The notes under the pieces were generated by a model. The model was not told the DNA's origin, ran no database searches, and worked only from the letters and a program-made list of their open reading frames with translations. Both the position numbers and the translations under genes were made by a program. 64,000 nucleotides of DNA. Source: Leidyana gryllorum EB-2025a. Taxonomy: Eukaryota; Protista; Apicomplexa. Shown piece by piece: positions 1 to 10,048 of this stretch (position 1 is the first letter of the stretch; every line of letters starts with the position of its first letter). The DNA lies in NCBI GenBank assembly GCA_048772705.1, contig JBLWGC010000081.1, forward strand, positions 1 through 64,000, given 5' to 3'.

Positions 1-584
1 TGCCTGATGGTCAACTTCCTATCGGGTGGCCAGATTCGACTTGGTGAAATTTCCAATCGAATTAACATCCATCTGGATACTTCCCTACATATTTGGCACT
101 TATATAGGGGCATGTATAAGATGGTGAAAGGCATTATTAACGAACGTAAAGCAACCACTACTAAAGCGTAAAGGCAAATGCACCCTAGTGGTCCGAGCTC
201 TCTGCAACAGTGTAACTGTGCAGACACTCACATGAATGATCAGAGTGTGGTGTCGGGGAGAACTACCGTGTGTGTCCAGCGCGAGGCTCCGCAAGAGTGC
301 GAGCGACTGGCACATGGGTGGAGTGAGAGAGACACCAGAGCGAGAGACACACGCAAGCAAGTTGGCTAAGTCAGAGTTGGACTAGGCAAGAGGCGGCCTA
401 AGATAACTTTTGCACTTGGTACAACAAGTCGTAGTTCTTGTTTTGCGCCGTCGTGTGCGACATATTCGTGGTAGACTTGTCGGCAAAAATACTAACTTGG
501 TTCTAAGTCTGACTTGTGGTCGAAAGTATGCAGAGATGAGAACTGGGCCTCGTTCCCCTCGAGTAGCGACTTGGGGTTACAACA
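1..584. mobile_element. LTR retrotransposon LTR, truncated by window start, inserted into tRNA-Ser(TGA)
   Basis: Reverse complement of 14045-14630; ends ...GGGGTTACAACA directly before GACTTGAAATCTA (Ser anticodon arm). Confidence 0.85.
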
Positions 585-637
585 GACTTGAAATCTACTG
601 GGCCTGGCCCGCGCTGGTTCAAATCCAGCAGTTGTCG
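585..637 (+). pseudogene. trnS: tRNA-Ser(TGA) 3' part, split by LTR
   Basis: Matches Ser copies from the anticodon arm to GTTGTCG. Confidence 0.85.
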
Positions 638-932
638 TGTTATGTGATCGGGCATCAACTCCATTCGGTCGCCCGCTGTGCAGACCCCACAGCAACAAGT
701 GGTTCTTGACACATTATGTCCGACGGGCTGTTTGGTCTAGTGCTGTGACCCCTCCTCAGGGTGGAGTCCTGGTTCGATTCCCAGCACAGCCCTCTTGGTC
801 GTCGGTTGACCCGATCGGACAAGTTGCCCCAGAACCAACACAGCCACCTCGTTAGCCCACTTCGGTAGGGCAGTCAGCGCAACTAACCTCTCGAGAATCG
901 CATTTCGGCTACCTCTGACATGTTGCAGACTA

Positions 933-1004
933 AGCAGTGTAGCTCAGTGGAAGAGTGTTGGGCTCATAACCCAAAGGTCCGTCGATCGAAACGACGCACT
1001 GCTA
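933..1004 (+). tRNA. trnM: Initiator tRNA-Met(CAT)
   Basis: A1-U72, GGG/CCC in anticodon stem, GATCGAAAC T-loop. Confidence 0.93.
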
Positions 1005-1051
1005 AGTGTGCCCAGAAGGGAACAGTTGTAGGATAGATTGGCTCGTGAGCA

Positions 1052-1123
1052 AGGCTTCTGCCGGAATCGAACCGGCGACCTTTCGCTTACTAAGCGAATG
1101 CTCTGCCCCTAAGCTTAGAAGGC
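1052..1123 (-). tRNA. trnT: tRNA-Thr(AGT), slightly diverged
   Basis: Cloverleaf, loop TT-AGT-AA. Confidence 0.8.
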
Positions 1124-1250
1124 AATATCAGCTGGTAATCACGCATCAGTCACTATTGACGGCAGTTACTGAAGCACATTGTTCCACAGTCAATCCTTCC
1201 ACTGCTCCACCCAACGGCAAAGAGGGTGTAACTAAGTTTAGAGCTTCCTT

Positions 1251-1320
1251 GCCGCCCTAGCTCAGTCGGTAGAGCGCAAGACTTATCTTGCAGTCGCGGG
1301 TTCGAGCCCCGCGGGCGGTG
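1251..1320 (+). pseudogene. trnK: tRNA-Lys with 3-nt anticodon-loop deletion
   Basis: Lys body, loop GACTTATCT. Confidence 0.8.
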
Positions 1321-1380
1321 CAAATCAATGTCTCTGGGAGTAGGAATGGAACCGTTGCCTACAAGCACACTCAGCTGGAT

Positions 1381-1453
1381 TTCCACTGCCGGGACTTGAA
1401 CCCGGATCGTGCGGGTGAGAGCCGCATATCCTAGCCACTTAGACTACAGTGGA
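1381..1453 (-). tRNA. trnE: tRNA-Glu(CTC)
   Basis: Consensus cloverleaf. Confidence 0.92.
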
Positions 1454-1594
1454 CAACTCCCTCAGCTGCAGCTTTAGCCGAGAGCCGTACCCTCTTGACA
1501 AGACGTGGTCTGGTGAATCTACAACAAAGGGGTTGCAGAGTCCTGCGGTAGGAAGCGGGGGGTCTCTATACTGACCTCTGAAACATTGTCACTG

Positions 1595-1667
1595 GGTCTT
1601 GTAGCTAGGTCGGCAGAGCGTGTGGCTCTTAACCACAAACCCGCCGGTTCGAAACCTGTCAGGACCG
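1595..1667 (+). pseudogene. Asn-body tRNA with CTT anticodon, degenerate
   Basis: Asn body, loop CT-CTT-AA, T-stem mismatches. Confidence 0.7.
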
Positions 1668-1785
1668 GTTTTAGAGGCACCCTAGACACTGACTGCGCTG
1701 CTCTCCCAATGGCACTTGTGGTCTGCGACCCTTCAAAGATGTAAGGTTGGGTTTGGCTCCCGCCACGTACAGCCGTAGCGTACTT

Positions 1786-1858
1786 TGGACGACCTGGGCC
1801 TCGATCCCAGTACCTCTCGCATGCTAAGCGAGCGCTCTACCATTTGAGCTAGTCGCCC
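1786..1858 (-). tRNA. trnA: tRNA-Ala(AGC)
   Basis: G3:U70, loop TT-AGC-AT. Confidence 0.88.
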
Positions 1859-1946
1859 GTTGCGCAGACCCCATCGCATGTGTTGGTTCTCAAATATTAT
1901 GACCAGTCTCCCGACTGTACTCAGCGGTTTGCACCACCGACCAGGC

Positions 1947-2018
1947 GGCTGTTTGGTCTAGTGGTATGATTCTTCCTTCGGGTGGAAGAAGTCCTGGGTT
2001 CGATTCCCAGAACAGCCC
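1947..2018 (+). tRNA. trnP: tRNA-Pro(CGG)
   Basis: Consensus cloverleaf. Confidence 0.92.
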
Positions 2019-3007
2019 TATTGGTTGTCGGTTGACCCGACGCTCCACCTGATCTCAAGATGGTACGGCTCTCATCCGAAGCCTCAACTCGGGAAGTCGC
2101 CCACTGTAGTCTGATGGCCAGGATAAGCGGCTCTCACCCGCACGATCTGGGTTCAAGTTGCGGCAGTGGAAATCCAGCTGAGTGTGGTTGTAGGCAACGG
2201 TTCCATTCTAACTCCCAGAGACATTGATTTGCACCGCCCGCGGGGCTCGAACCCGCGACTGCAAGATTAACAGTCTTGCGCTCTACGGACTGAGCTAGGG
2301 CGCAACGAAGCTCTAGACTTAGTTACACCCTATTTGCCGTTGGGCGGAGCAGTGGAAGTCATTGGACCGGTGGAACAATGTGCTTCAGTAACTTCCGTTA
2401 ACATTGCCTTCTCAGCTTGTGGCAGAGCATCCGCTTAGTCAGCGAAAGGTCGCCGGTTCGATAACTGTTCCCTTCTGCGCACACTTAGCAGTGTGCCGCT
2501 TCGATCGACGGACCTTTGGGCTATGAGCCCAACACTCTTCCACTGAGCTACATTGCTCAGTCTGCAACATGGAAGAGGTAGCCGAAATGCGATTCTTGAG
2601 ATGCTAGTATGTCCTGACTGCCCTACCCAAGTGCGCTAACGAGGTGGCTGTGTTGGTTCTGAGGGCAATTTGTCCCGTCGGGTCAACCGACGACCAAGAG
2701 GGCTGTTCTGGGAATGGAACCAGGACTCCTTCCACCCTGAGGAGGGATCATAGCACTAGACCAAACAGCCCATCGGTCGGTGGTGCAAATGGCTGGTACA
2801 GTGGGGAGACTGGTTATAATATGTCAAGAACCACTAAATGCTATGGGGTCTGCACAGCGGGCGACTAGCTGGAATGATATAGCACTCGCTCAGCATGCGA
2901 GAGATACTGGGATGGATGCCCAGGTCGTCCAAACTTCTAACGGCTACACCTGCGGTATTTGAAAACAGAGTCACGACCGAATGGAGTTGATGCCCGATCA
3001 CATAACA

Positions 3008-3089
3008 CGACAACTGCTGGATTCGAACCAGCTCGGGCCAGACCCAGTAGATTTCAAGTCTACCCCCTTAACCACTCGGGGAAGTTGCC
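3008..3089 (-). tRNA. trnS: tRNA-Ser(TGA)
   Basis: Long variable arm, loop CT-TGA-AA. Confidence 0.82.
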
Positions 3090-3303
3090 AACTGTCGAAT
3101 TCGACATGCCGCGAGGAGTGACCAAATACCCCTATGTTCAGCCTGTCCTGCGGCATTGATAGGTGTCTAAACTGACCTCTCGCGTGCAAAGTCACCGCTC
3201 TTCCACTTGAGATAGCCGCCCACCCGCCAAACCTAGGTGAACTTCCCACGATCGACTCACAGTTCCCTGGCGCCTCATTCGTCAGTGCAACTGTTGTGAC
3301 TCG

Positions 3304-3375
3304 TCCACTGTAGTCTAAGTGGCTAGGATATGCGGCTTTCACCTGCACGATCGGGTTCAAGTCCCGGCAGTGGAA
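3304..3375 (+). tRNA. trnE: tRNA-Glu(TTC), 1-nt deletion
   Basis: Glu body. Confidence 0.75.
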
Positions 3376-4138
3376 GTCATTAGAGTACTCGATCAAAGTG
3401 CTTTAATAGCTTGTGTCAATAGGAACTGATGGGTGACTCCCGGCTTGCATTGCCTTCTTAGCTTAGGGGCAGAACATTCGCTTAAGCGAAAGGTCGCCGG
3501 TTCGATTCCGGCAGAAGGCTTTGCTCACAAGCTTAAGCTTTTCGGGCTGGTCTCTCGGTCTCGATAACGACCTGAGGGGGTTGCAAAATTCTCAGGCCTT
3601 TTCTGCCCCCATTCGTCAGTGCAACTTTGGTGACTTGTCCACTATAGTCTCGTTGGATAGTATATGCGGCGCCAACCCGCACCATCCCGGTTCGAGTCTC
3701 GGCAGCGCAAATGCAGCTGGGTGTGCTTGTAGGCAACATACTGCATTCTTACTCCCCGGCCCACTCGTCCGCACCGCCCACGGGACTTCACTTTGCGACT
3801 GCAAGATTAAGAGGCTCGCGCTCCACCGACTGAGCTAGGACGACAAGGAAACTCTAAACTAAGTTACACTCTATTTGCCTCAGGGTGGAGTCATGCAAGT
3901 CATTGGGCAGGTCGACCGGAGTCCTTAATATTTTCGCGCGTCACGCGGAAGACCTGGGTCGAGCTCGTTCCGCTTTAGACTTCTTTTGGTGCTCACTCAA
4001 AAGGTGCGGTTCGGGAGCAAACCTCGATGTCCAAGGGTCACACGACAGGCGTTCGCTCACTTGGTACAGCATCTGACTGCGGCGGGTGCGGCAGGTAGTC
4101 GACCGTTCCATTCCCCTCCCCCGACACTTGCCTCCTTA

Positions 4139-4219
4139 TGCGAGAAGTGGGGTTCGAACCCACGCGGAATTAACCAGTGGATCTTAAGGCCACCCCCTTA
4201 ACCTCTCGGGCATTCTCGC
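4139..4219 (-). tRNA. trnL: tRNA-Leu(TAA)
   Basis: GCGAGAA/TTCTCGC acceptor, long variable arm, loop CT-TAA-GA. Confidence 0.82.
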
Positions 4220-4604
4220 AATGGAGCGTCTAGACAAGTAGTCTGGGGTTTCTGCGGGTAGTCAGTGCCCTTTCAAGGCGCGAGAAAGATACTCACGACC
4301 ATGTGAGTGGCGTCTGAGAAATAGCGCCTTACCCACTAGGGCATCTTGCCACATACTGGTAGGCGCAAGTCTGCATGGTGCGGGTCCCATTCTGCGCAAC
4401 GGTACTCATTTCAGGACGGAATTAGCCATCACTTCGAGTTTACGGCTGTACGTAGCCGGTTGTATCCCCCTTCCCATTCGGCTGTTTGGTCTAGTGGTAT
4501 GATTCCACGGGTGGAAGAAGTCCTGGGTTCGATTCTCAGAACAGCCCCGTTGGTTCAGGTCAAGAGGGTACGGCTCTCGGCTAAAGCTGCAGCTAAGGGA
4601 GTTG

Positions 4605-4677
4605 TCCACTGTAGTCTAAGTGGCTAAGATATGCGGCTCTCACCCGCACGATCGGGGTTCAAGTCCCGGCAGTGGAA
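4605..4677 (+). tRNA. trnE: tRNA-Glu(CTC)
   Basis: Glu body, 2 substitutions. Confidence 0.82.
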
Positions 4678-4737
4678 ATCCAGCTGAGTGTGCTTGCAGG
4701 CAACAGTTCCATTCTTACTTCCAGGGATATAGATCCA

Positions 4738-4810
4738 CACCGCCCGCGGGGCTCGAACCCGCGACTGCAAGATTAAGAGTCTTGCGCTCTACCGACTGAG
4801 CTAGGGCGGC
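4738..4810 (-). tRNA. trnK: tRNA-Lys(CTT)
   Basis: Consensus cloverleaf. Confidence 0.92.
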
Positions 4811-4886
4811 AGGAATGCAAGGACAAAAAACCCGATAGCCCGACATCTTAAGTGGCTTTGGTACCCACCAGCCTCACTTGAAGATT

Positions 4887-4958
4887 GTCGGGTCGTCTAG
4901 GTGCTTACAACAGCAAGTTGTGGCCGTGCATACCCAGGCCCGAATCCTGGCTTGGATA
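4887..4958 (+). pseudogene. trnH: tRNA-His(GTG) pseudogene (recurrent dead variant)
   Basis: His body with broken D/T/acceptor arms; same lesions in several other copies. Confidence 0.75.
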
Positions 4959-5058
4959 GTATGTCCCCGATGTCTCGAATGGGAGATGTGGGCATCGGGC
5001 GTAGCTGCCCATGTCCTGTCTTGATCGCTACACACTCCCATTAGACGGCTCCGCTAGT

Positions 5059-5131
5059 GGCGCTATGGCCTAATGGATATGGCATCGGTCTACGGAACCG
5101 GGGATTCTGGGTTCGAGTCCCAGTAGCGTCT
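5059..5131 (+). tRNA. trnR: tRNA-Arg(ACG)
   Basis: Consensus cloverleaf. Confidence 0.92.
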
Positions 5132-5232
5132 GGACGAATGGCCGGGTTGCAGCCTGTTGAGTCAACAACTCAGATCCTGTCTTAGCTGTCCGGGATGGGT
5201 CGAGTGCCGTGTTGCGTCAACAACTATCAGAC

Positions 5233-5304
5233 GGGCTGTTCTGGGAATCGAACCCAGGACTCCTTCCACCCTGAGGAAGGATCATACCACTAGACCAAAC
5301 AGCC
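5233..5304 (-). tRNA. trnP: tRNA-Pro(AGG), C33 variant
   Basis: Pro body. Confidence 0.8.
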
Positions 5305-5619
5305 GCCTGGCCGGTGGTTCAACCCGCTGGGTACAGTCGAGAGACTCGTCTCACTATGTGAAGTATCACTCAATGCCACGAGGTAGGCACAGAGGGAGGC
5401 TAGCCCAGATGATGAAACGGTGCTTAGTGCACGAAAGGTTGTGGGATCGATTCTCAGCCCATCCAAACTAGATAGATGGAACCCTCGCTGGAGTAGTCTA
5501 GTTGGCCTACTCAACGCTGTCTGCCAAAATCATCAGGTTGAGTAGTACTTTGGTACAGCACTCTCAGATGCTCTACCAACTGAGCTACCCCGGGTCCAAA
5601 GCCTCAACTCGGGCACTTG

Positions 5620-5692
5620 TCCACTGTAGTCTAAGTGGTTAGGATATGCGGCTCTCACCCGCACGATCCGGGTTCAAGTCCCGGCAGTGGAA
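5620..5692 (+). tRNA. trnE: tRNA-Glu(CTC)
   Basis: Cloverleaf. Confidence 0.9.
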
Positions 5693-5760
5693 GCTACTGG
5701 AGCAAAGTGCTCCAGTAATCCCCGTCAATAGTCACTGATTCGTGATCTTCGGCTTGTATT

Positions 5761-5832
5761 GCCTTCTTAGCTTAGGGGCAGAGCATTCGCTTAGTAAGCG
5801 AAAGGTCGCCGGTTCGATTCCGGCAGAAGGCT
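5761..5832 (+). tRNA. trnT: tRNA-Thr(AGT)
   Basis: Consensus cloverleaf. Confidence 0.92.
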
Positions 5833-6246
5833 TTGCTCGCGAGGCAATCTATTCTATAACGGTTCCCCTTCTGCGCACACTTAACAGTGCGTCGTTTCGA
5901 TCGACGGACCTTTGGATTATGAGCTCAACACTTTTCACTGAGCTACACTGCTCAGTCTGCAACATGGAAGAAATAGCCGAAATGCAATTCTCCAGATGTT
6001 AGTTGCCCTGACTGCCCTACCGAAGTGGGCTAATGAAATGCTGTGTTGGTTCTGGGGGCAACTTGTCCCGTCGGGTCAACCGACGACCAAGAGGGCTGTT
6101 CTGGGAATCGAACCCAGGACTCCTTCCACCCCAAGGAAGGATCCAGAACAACAGCCGAATACTTCGGTGCATGCAACCGGATATACGGATGGAGACTCGA
6201 ATCTACTGTGGCCTTTTCCAGCCTATTTTTTGGTAATGATCGCCGT

Positions 6247-6330
6247 TGCACAGAATGGGATTCGAACCCATGCAGACTTGCGCCTACCAGAACTTGAGTC
6301 TGGCCCCTTAGACCACTCGGGCATCTGTGC
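6247..6330 (-). tRNA. trnL: tRNA-Leu(CAA)
   Basis: GCACAGA/TCTGTGC acceptor, loop CT-CAA-GT, no intron. Confidence 0.92.
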
Positions 6331-6420
6331 GTTACTTCCCTTCTGAGTTTCAGCGTGCAAACGGCTTCCCTTGCCTGAGATAGAATTGAATGTGAGTTAC
6401 GCGGTGGAACGGCGGTGATA

Positions 6421-6494
6421 GCTCCCCTAGCTGAGCTGGTTAGAGCATCGGCCTTATGTGCCGAAGGTCGAGGGTTCGATCCCCCCGGGGAGCA
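6421..6494 (+). tRNA. trnI: tRNA-Ile(TAT), intronless
   Basis: GCTCCCC/GGGGAGC acceptor, loop CT-TAT-GT. Confidence 0.85.
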
Positions 6495-6814
6495 AATCAA
6501 TCCAATGACAGCCGAACGCGACCGCCGAGTACTCCAGCATTTGACACCTATCAGTGCCCTAGCCGGGCAGGCCGACCAGGACGCTGTTTGGTCTGAAGGT
6601 ATGATTTTTCTCGCTTAAAAGAAATTGCAACTGGGTCTTGTAGCTCAGTCGGCAAAGCGTGTAGCTGTTCACCACAAAGTCGCAGTTTCGAAGCCTGGCA
6701 GTACCAGGAACTGCGGCACCCGACTCTCTGTCAGAGGTCGCAACTCTGTACTTAACTTCTGTCAGAGGTCGCAACTCTGTACTTAATTACCGCCAGGTGC
6801 CGCCCTACTGAGTT

Positions 6815-6887
6815 TGGACGACCTGGGTATCGATCCCAGTACCTCTCGCATGCAAAGCGAGCGCTCTACCACCTGAGCTAGCCGCCC
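6815..6887 (-). tRNA. trnA: tRNA-Ala(TGC)
   Basis: Cloverleaf, G3:U70. Confidence 0.88.
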
Positions 6888-6945
6888 AGGCGCACAGATG
6901 AGAAGCTATTGCATCCAGTGGGTGACCAAGCGCCCATACAACGGC

Positions 6946-7025
6946 TGACAAGAGTGGGATTCGAACCCACGCCCTTTCGGACTGCGGCCTTAACACAGCG
7001 CCTTAGACCACTCGCCCATCTTGCC
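6946..7025 (-). tRNA. trnL: tRNA-Leu(AAG)
   Basis: Long variable arm, loop TT-AAG-GC. Confidence 0.87.
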
Positions 7026-7119
7026 GGAGTGTTTTTGGCTCGCCGTTCCACCCGTTTCCTGTCCGTGAAATCTCAAAATGCGAGGAGTTCTGGGGTTGGA
7101 GGCCGGCATCTCTACTAGG

Positions 7120-7191
7120 TCCGAGATAGTATAGTGGTTAGTATTTCCGCCTGTCACGCGGAAGACCCGGGTTCGATTCCCGGTCTCGGAG
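7120..7191 (+). tRNA. trnD: tRNA-Asp(GTC)
   Basis: Consensus cloverleaf. Confidence 0.93.
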
Positions 7192-7494
7192 CAGTTCCAG
7201 CCCTCACAACTGGTGCAACTCAGATTTTGTCTCAGCTGGTCTGGACTTCATTCGGGATTGTACGAGTGGGAGCCGCGTATAGTAGGCGACCTTGGAGAAA
7301 CGTGGCATTGAACCCAGGACTTCTTCCAGCCGAAGAAAGAATCATATAACTAGACCAAACAGCCCCCTGTGGGTGCCTCAGGTACTGGCAGGTTCCAAAC
7401 CTGCGACTTCGTGGCTGAGAGACTTACCTCTGATGGCTGAGCTACGATTATTGGAGTTTGCGAGCAACTTGCCGGTACCCAGTCGATGCAGTCG

Positions 7495-7566
7495 AGCCTT
7501 CAGCCGGAATCGAACCGGCGACTTCTCGCTTACGAAGCGAACGCTCTGCCCCTAAACTAAGAAGGC
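7495..7566 (-). tRNA. trnT: tRNA-Thr(CGT)
   Basis: Thr body, loop TT-CGT-AA. Confidence 0.78.
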
Positions 7567-7642
7567 AATGGAAGCCGGAGATGACGAAACAATCGCTATT
7601 GACGGAGATTAGTGGAGCACTTTGCTAGAGTAGTTCAATGAC

Positions 7643-7715
7643 TTCCACTGCCGGGACCGGAACCCGGATCGTGCGGGTGAAAGCCGCATATCCTAGCCAC
7701 TTAGACTACAGTGGA
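7643..7715 (-). tRNA. trnE: tRNA-Glu(TTC), T-loop altered
   Basis: Glu body. Confidence 0.78.
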
Positions 7716-8019
7716 CGAGTGGTTGAGTTGGGGCTTCGGCCGAGAGCCGTACCGTCTTGGAAAACATGGTATGTTGGCGTGATCAAGTGAGTGGATCTCT
7801 GATACAGATTCGGACTTAGTAACCAATTCCATTTGTATTGATCGTGGAATATTGGGCCTTCCTCGGGTACGGGGCGAGCTTCCTTGCCGCCCCAACTCCG
7901 TCAGTAGAGCGCAAGACTTTTGAAGGGAGATCCGCGGGTTTGGGCGGCCCGAGCAGTCCTAGTAAAGCTCGCTGAACCGTATGTGAAGCCACTGGCCGCA
8001 AAATGCCAAGTTCGACAGC

Positions 8020-8101
8020 GGCAACTTGCCCGAGTGGTTAAGGGGGTAGACTCGAAATCTACTGGGCCGGGCCCGCGCTGGTTCAAATCCAGCAGTTGTC
8101 G
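8020..8101 (+). tRNA. trnS: tRNA-Ser(CGA)
   Basis: Consensus cloverleaf. Confidence 0.9.
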
Positions 8102-8338
8102 TGCGATGTGATCGGGCATCAACTCCCTTCGGTCGTGACTCTGTTTTCATATACCGCGGGTGCAGCCGTTAGAGGCATGGACGACCTGGGCATCGATCCC
8201 AGTATCTCTCGCATGTTAAGCGAGTGCTATGTCATTTGAGCTAGTGGCCCGCTTTGCAGACACCATAGCATTTAGTGGTTCTTGACATATTATGACCAGT
8301 GTCCCGACTCTACCAGCAATTTGCACCACCGACCAGTC

Positions 8339-8410
8339 GGCTGTTTGGTCTAGTGGTATGATCCTTCCTTAGGGTGGAAGGAGTCCTGGGTTCGATTCCC
8401 AGAACAGCCC
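8339..8410 (+). tRNA. trnP: tRNA-Pro(AGG)
   Basis: Consensus; followed by TTTT. Confidence 0.92.
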
Positions 8411-8581
8411 TTTTGCTAGGCTCTGACGAGGGTCTAGCAGAGTTGATACCCGTGTCTCAAATAAGGCAAGGAGTCTTTCGAAATCCGCCTACTACGTCCA
8501 CTTGACAACTGCTGAATCGAACCAGCGGGGCCAGGCGATATCACCGACTGAGGGGTCGCAGACAGTGAGGCTGTGGATTGT

Positions 8582-8654
8582 GCGGTGGTGGCGCAATGGA
8601 TAGCGTGTTGCCCTCCGGAGGCAAAGGTTGTGGGTTTGAGTCCCGCCCACCGTT
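8582..8654 (+). tRNA. trnR: tRNA-Arg(CCG), only copy seen
   Basis: GCGGTGG/CCACCGT acceptor, loop CT-CCG-GA; T-loop TTTGA. Confidence 0.8.
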
Positions 8655-9138
8655 CTCGTGGTCTCGCTCTACAGCGGAATCGATAAGAGTGGCTGACATT
8701 CCGAGCCATGCAGACTTACGCGATCCAAATTCGAGTTTGGCATCTCCGACCACCCCGCGATCTGTGCCGCAGTGTTGAGCTTGAGAGCTCGAAGTGCCAC
8801 TGTTGAGGAACCGAGTCGGGGAAAGTTCAGTTGGGTTTGGCGGGTTGGCGGCTATTTCAAGTGGTAGAGAGGTGACTTTGCACGCCAAACGTGTAGCGGA
8901 TGATAGCCAGATCGGGGAGCTCTTCAATCAAAAAGACGCCTGTATCATTTCTATAAGTGTGTCCTCCTGTTGACGCTTAGCAGTGCGTCGTTTCGACCGA
9001 CGGACATTCCTGTCATGAGCCCAACACTCTCCAACTGAGCCACGCTGCTCAGTGTCCAACATGAAAGAGGGAGCCGAAACGCGTGCTGTGCCGACTGATT
9101 CCACAGTACTGGGGGCTGTACCGGGATGGTGGGTTGTC

Positions 9139-9210
9139 GGCTGTTTGGTCTAGTGGTATGATTCTCCCTTCGGGTGGAAGAAGTCCTGGGCTCGAATCCC
9201 AGAACAGCCC
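9139..9210 (+). tRNA. trnP: tRNA-Pro(CGG), diverged
   Basis: Pro body. Confidence 0.75.
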
Positions 9211-9524
9211 GGTTTGTTGTATCTTGACCCAACCTGGCTGGCAGCATGCTTGTGGGTTCGGGTAATTCTTCGGAAAAAGTCGGAGGGGAAGTGTAGCGCG
9301 GTCGGTGGCTGGTAGGTCTCATAATCCTGAAGTCGAGAGTTCGATCCTCTCCATTCCCAGGGTCGGAATCGGAACCGCCGACAAACTCATCATGCTATCG
9401 TTTTGCATCTGTCGGGAATCGGACACGGGTTATCTCGATGGTAGCGAGAGAAGATACAGAACAGGACCCTGTTCAATCTTGTACGCGGTGACAGCCATTT
9501 CTTATAAGCCTATCGATGCATCAA

Positions 9525-9596
9525 AGCCTTCTGCCGGTATCGAACCGGAGTCCTTTCGCTTACTAAGCGAATGCTCTGCCCCTAAGCTAAGAAGGC
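9525..9596 (-). tRNA. trnT: tRNA-Thr(AGT)
   Basis: Thr body. Confidence 0.8.
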
Positions 9597-9723
9597 AATG
9601 TTAGCTGGAGATCACGCATCAGTCCCTATTGACTGAAGTTACTGGAGCACATTGCACCGGTTCAATGACTTCCACTGCTCCACCCAACGGTAAATAGGGT
9701 GTAACTAAGCTTAGAGCTTCCTT

Positions 9724-9796
9724 GCCGCCCTAGCTCAGTTGGTAGAGCGCAAGACTTTTAATCTTGCAGTCGCGGGTTCGAGCCCCGCGGGCGGTG
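9724..9796 (+). tRNA. trnK: tRNA-Lys(TTT)
   Basis: Cloverleaf. Confidence 0.9.
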
Positions 9797-9977
9797 CGAG
9801 GCAAGCTTGTTAGCCGTATGAGGAGCCACTGCCGCGCATGTCGAGTTGAAATGCTAGTGGTATGATGTTCCTTCGCGGAGAAGTGCTCGATTCAACTCCC
9901 AAAAAGTCCGTTTTGGAGTAGGTTGCAGACAGCTCAACCGCTCGAGTCTCTTTGGCTGCTGCAGCTCTTCCGCAATT

Positions 9978-10048
9978 GCACTTGTGGTCTAAGGGTAAGA
10001 TGCGACCCTTCCAAGGTCGTGACCCGGGTTAGAGTCCCGGGAGGTGCA
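9978..10048 (+). tRNA. trnG: tRNA-Gly(TCC), T-loop mutated
   Basis: Gly body, loop CT-TCC-AA. Confidence 0.75.

Noticed and set aside
4270-4352. Possible tRNA-Sec (also near 59275-59350)
   Set aside because: Begins GGCAAGATG like the Leu genes and lacks a TCA loop with the 9/4 Sec fold; best read as a decayed Leu
8423-8485. Hammerhead ribozyme core (CTGACGA...GAAA)
   Set aside because: No stem II closing directly onto GAAA and no stem III with a cleavage triplet
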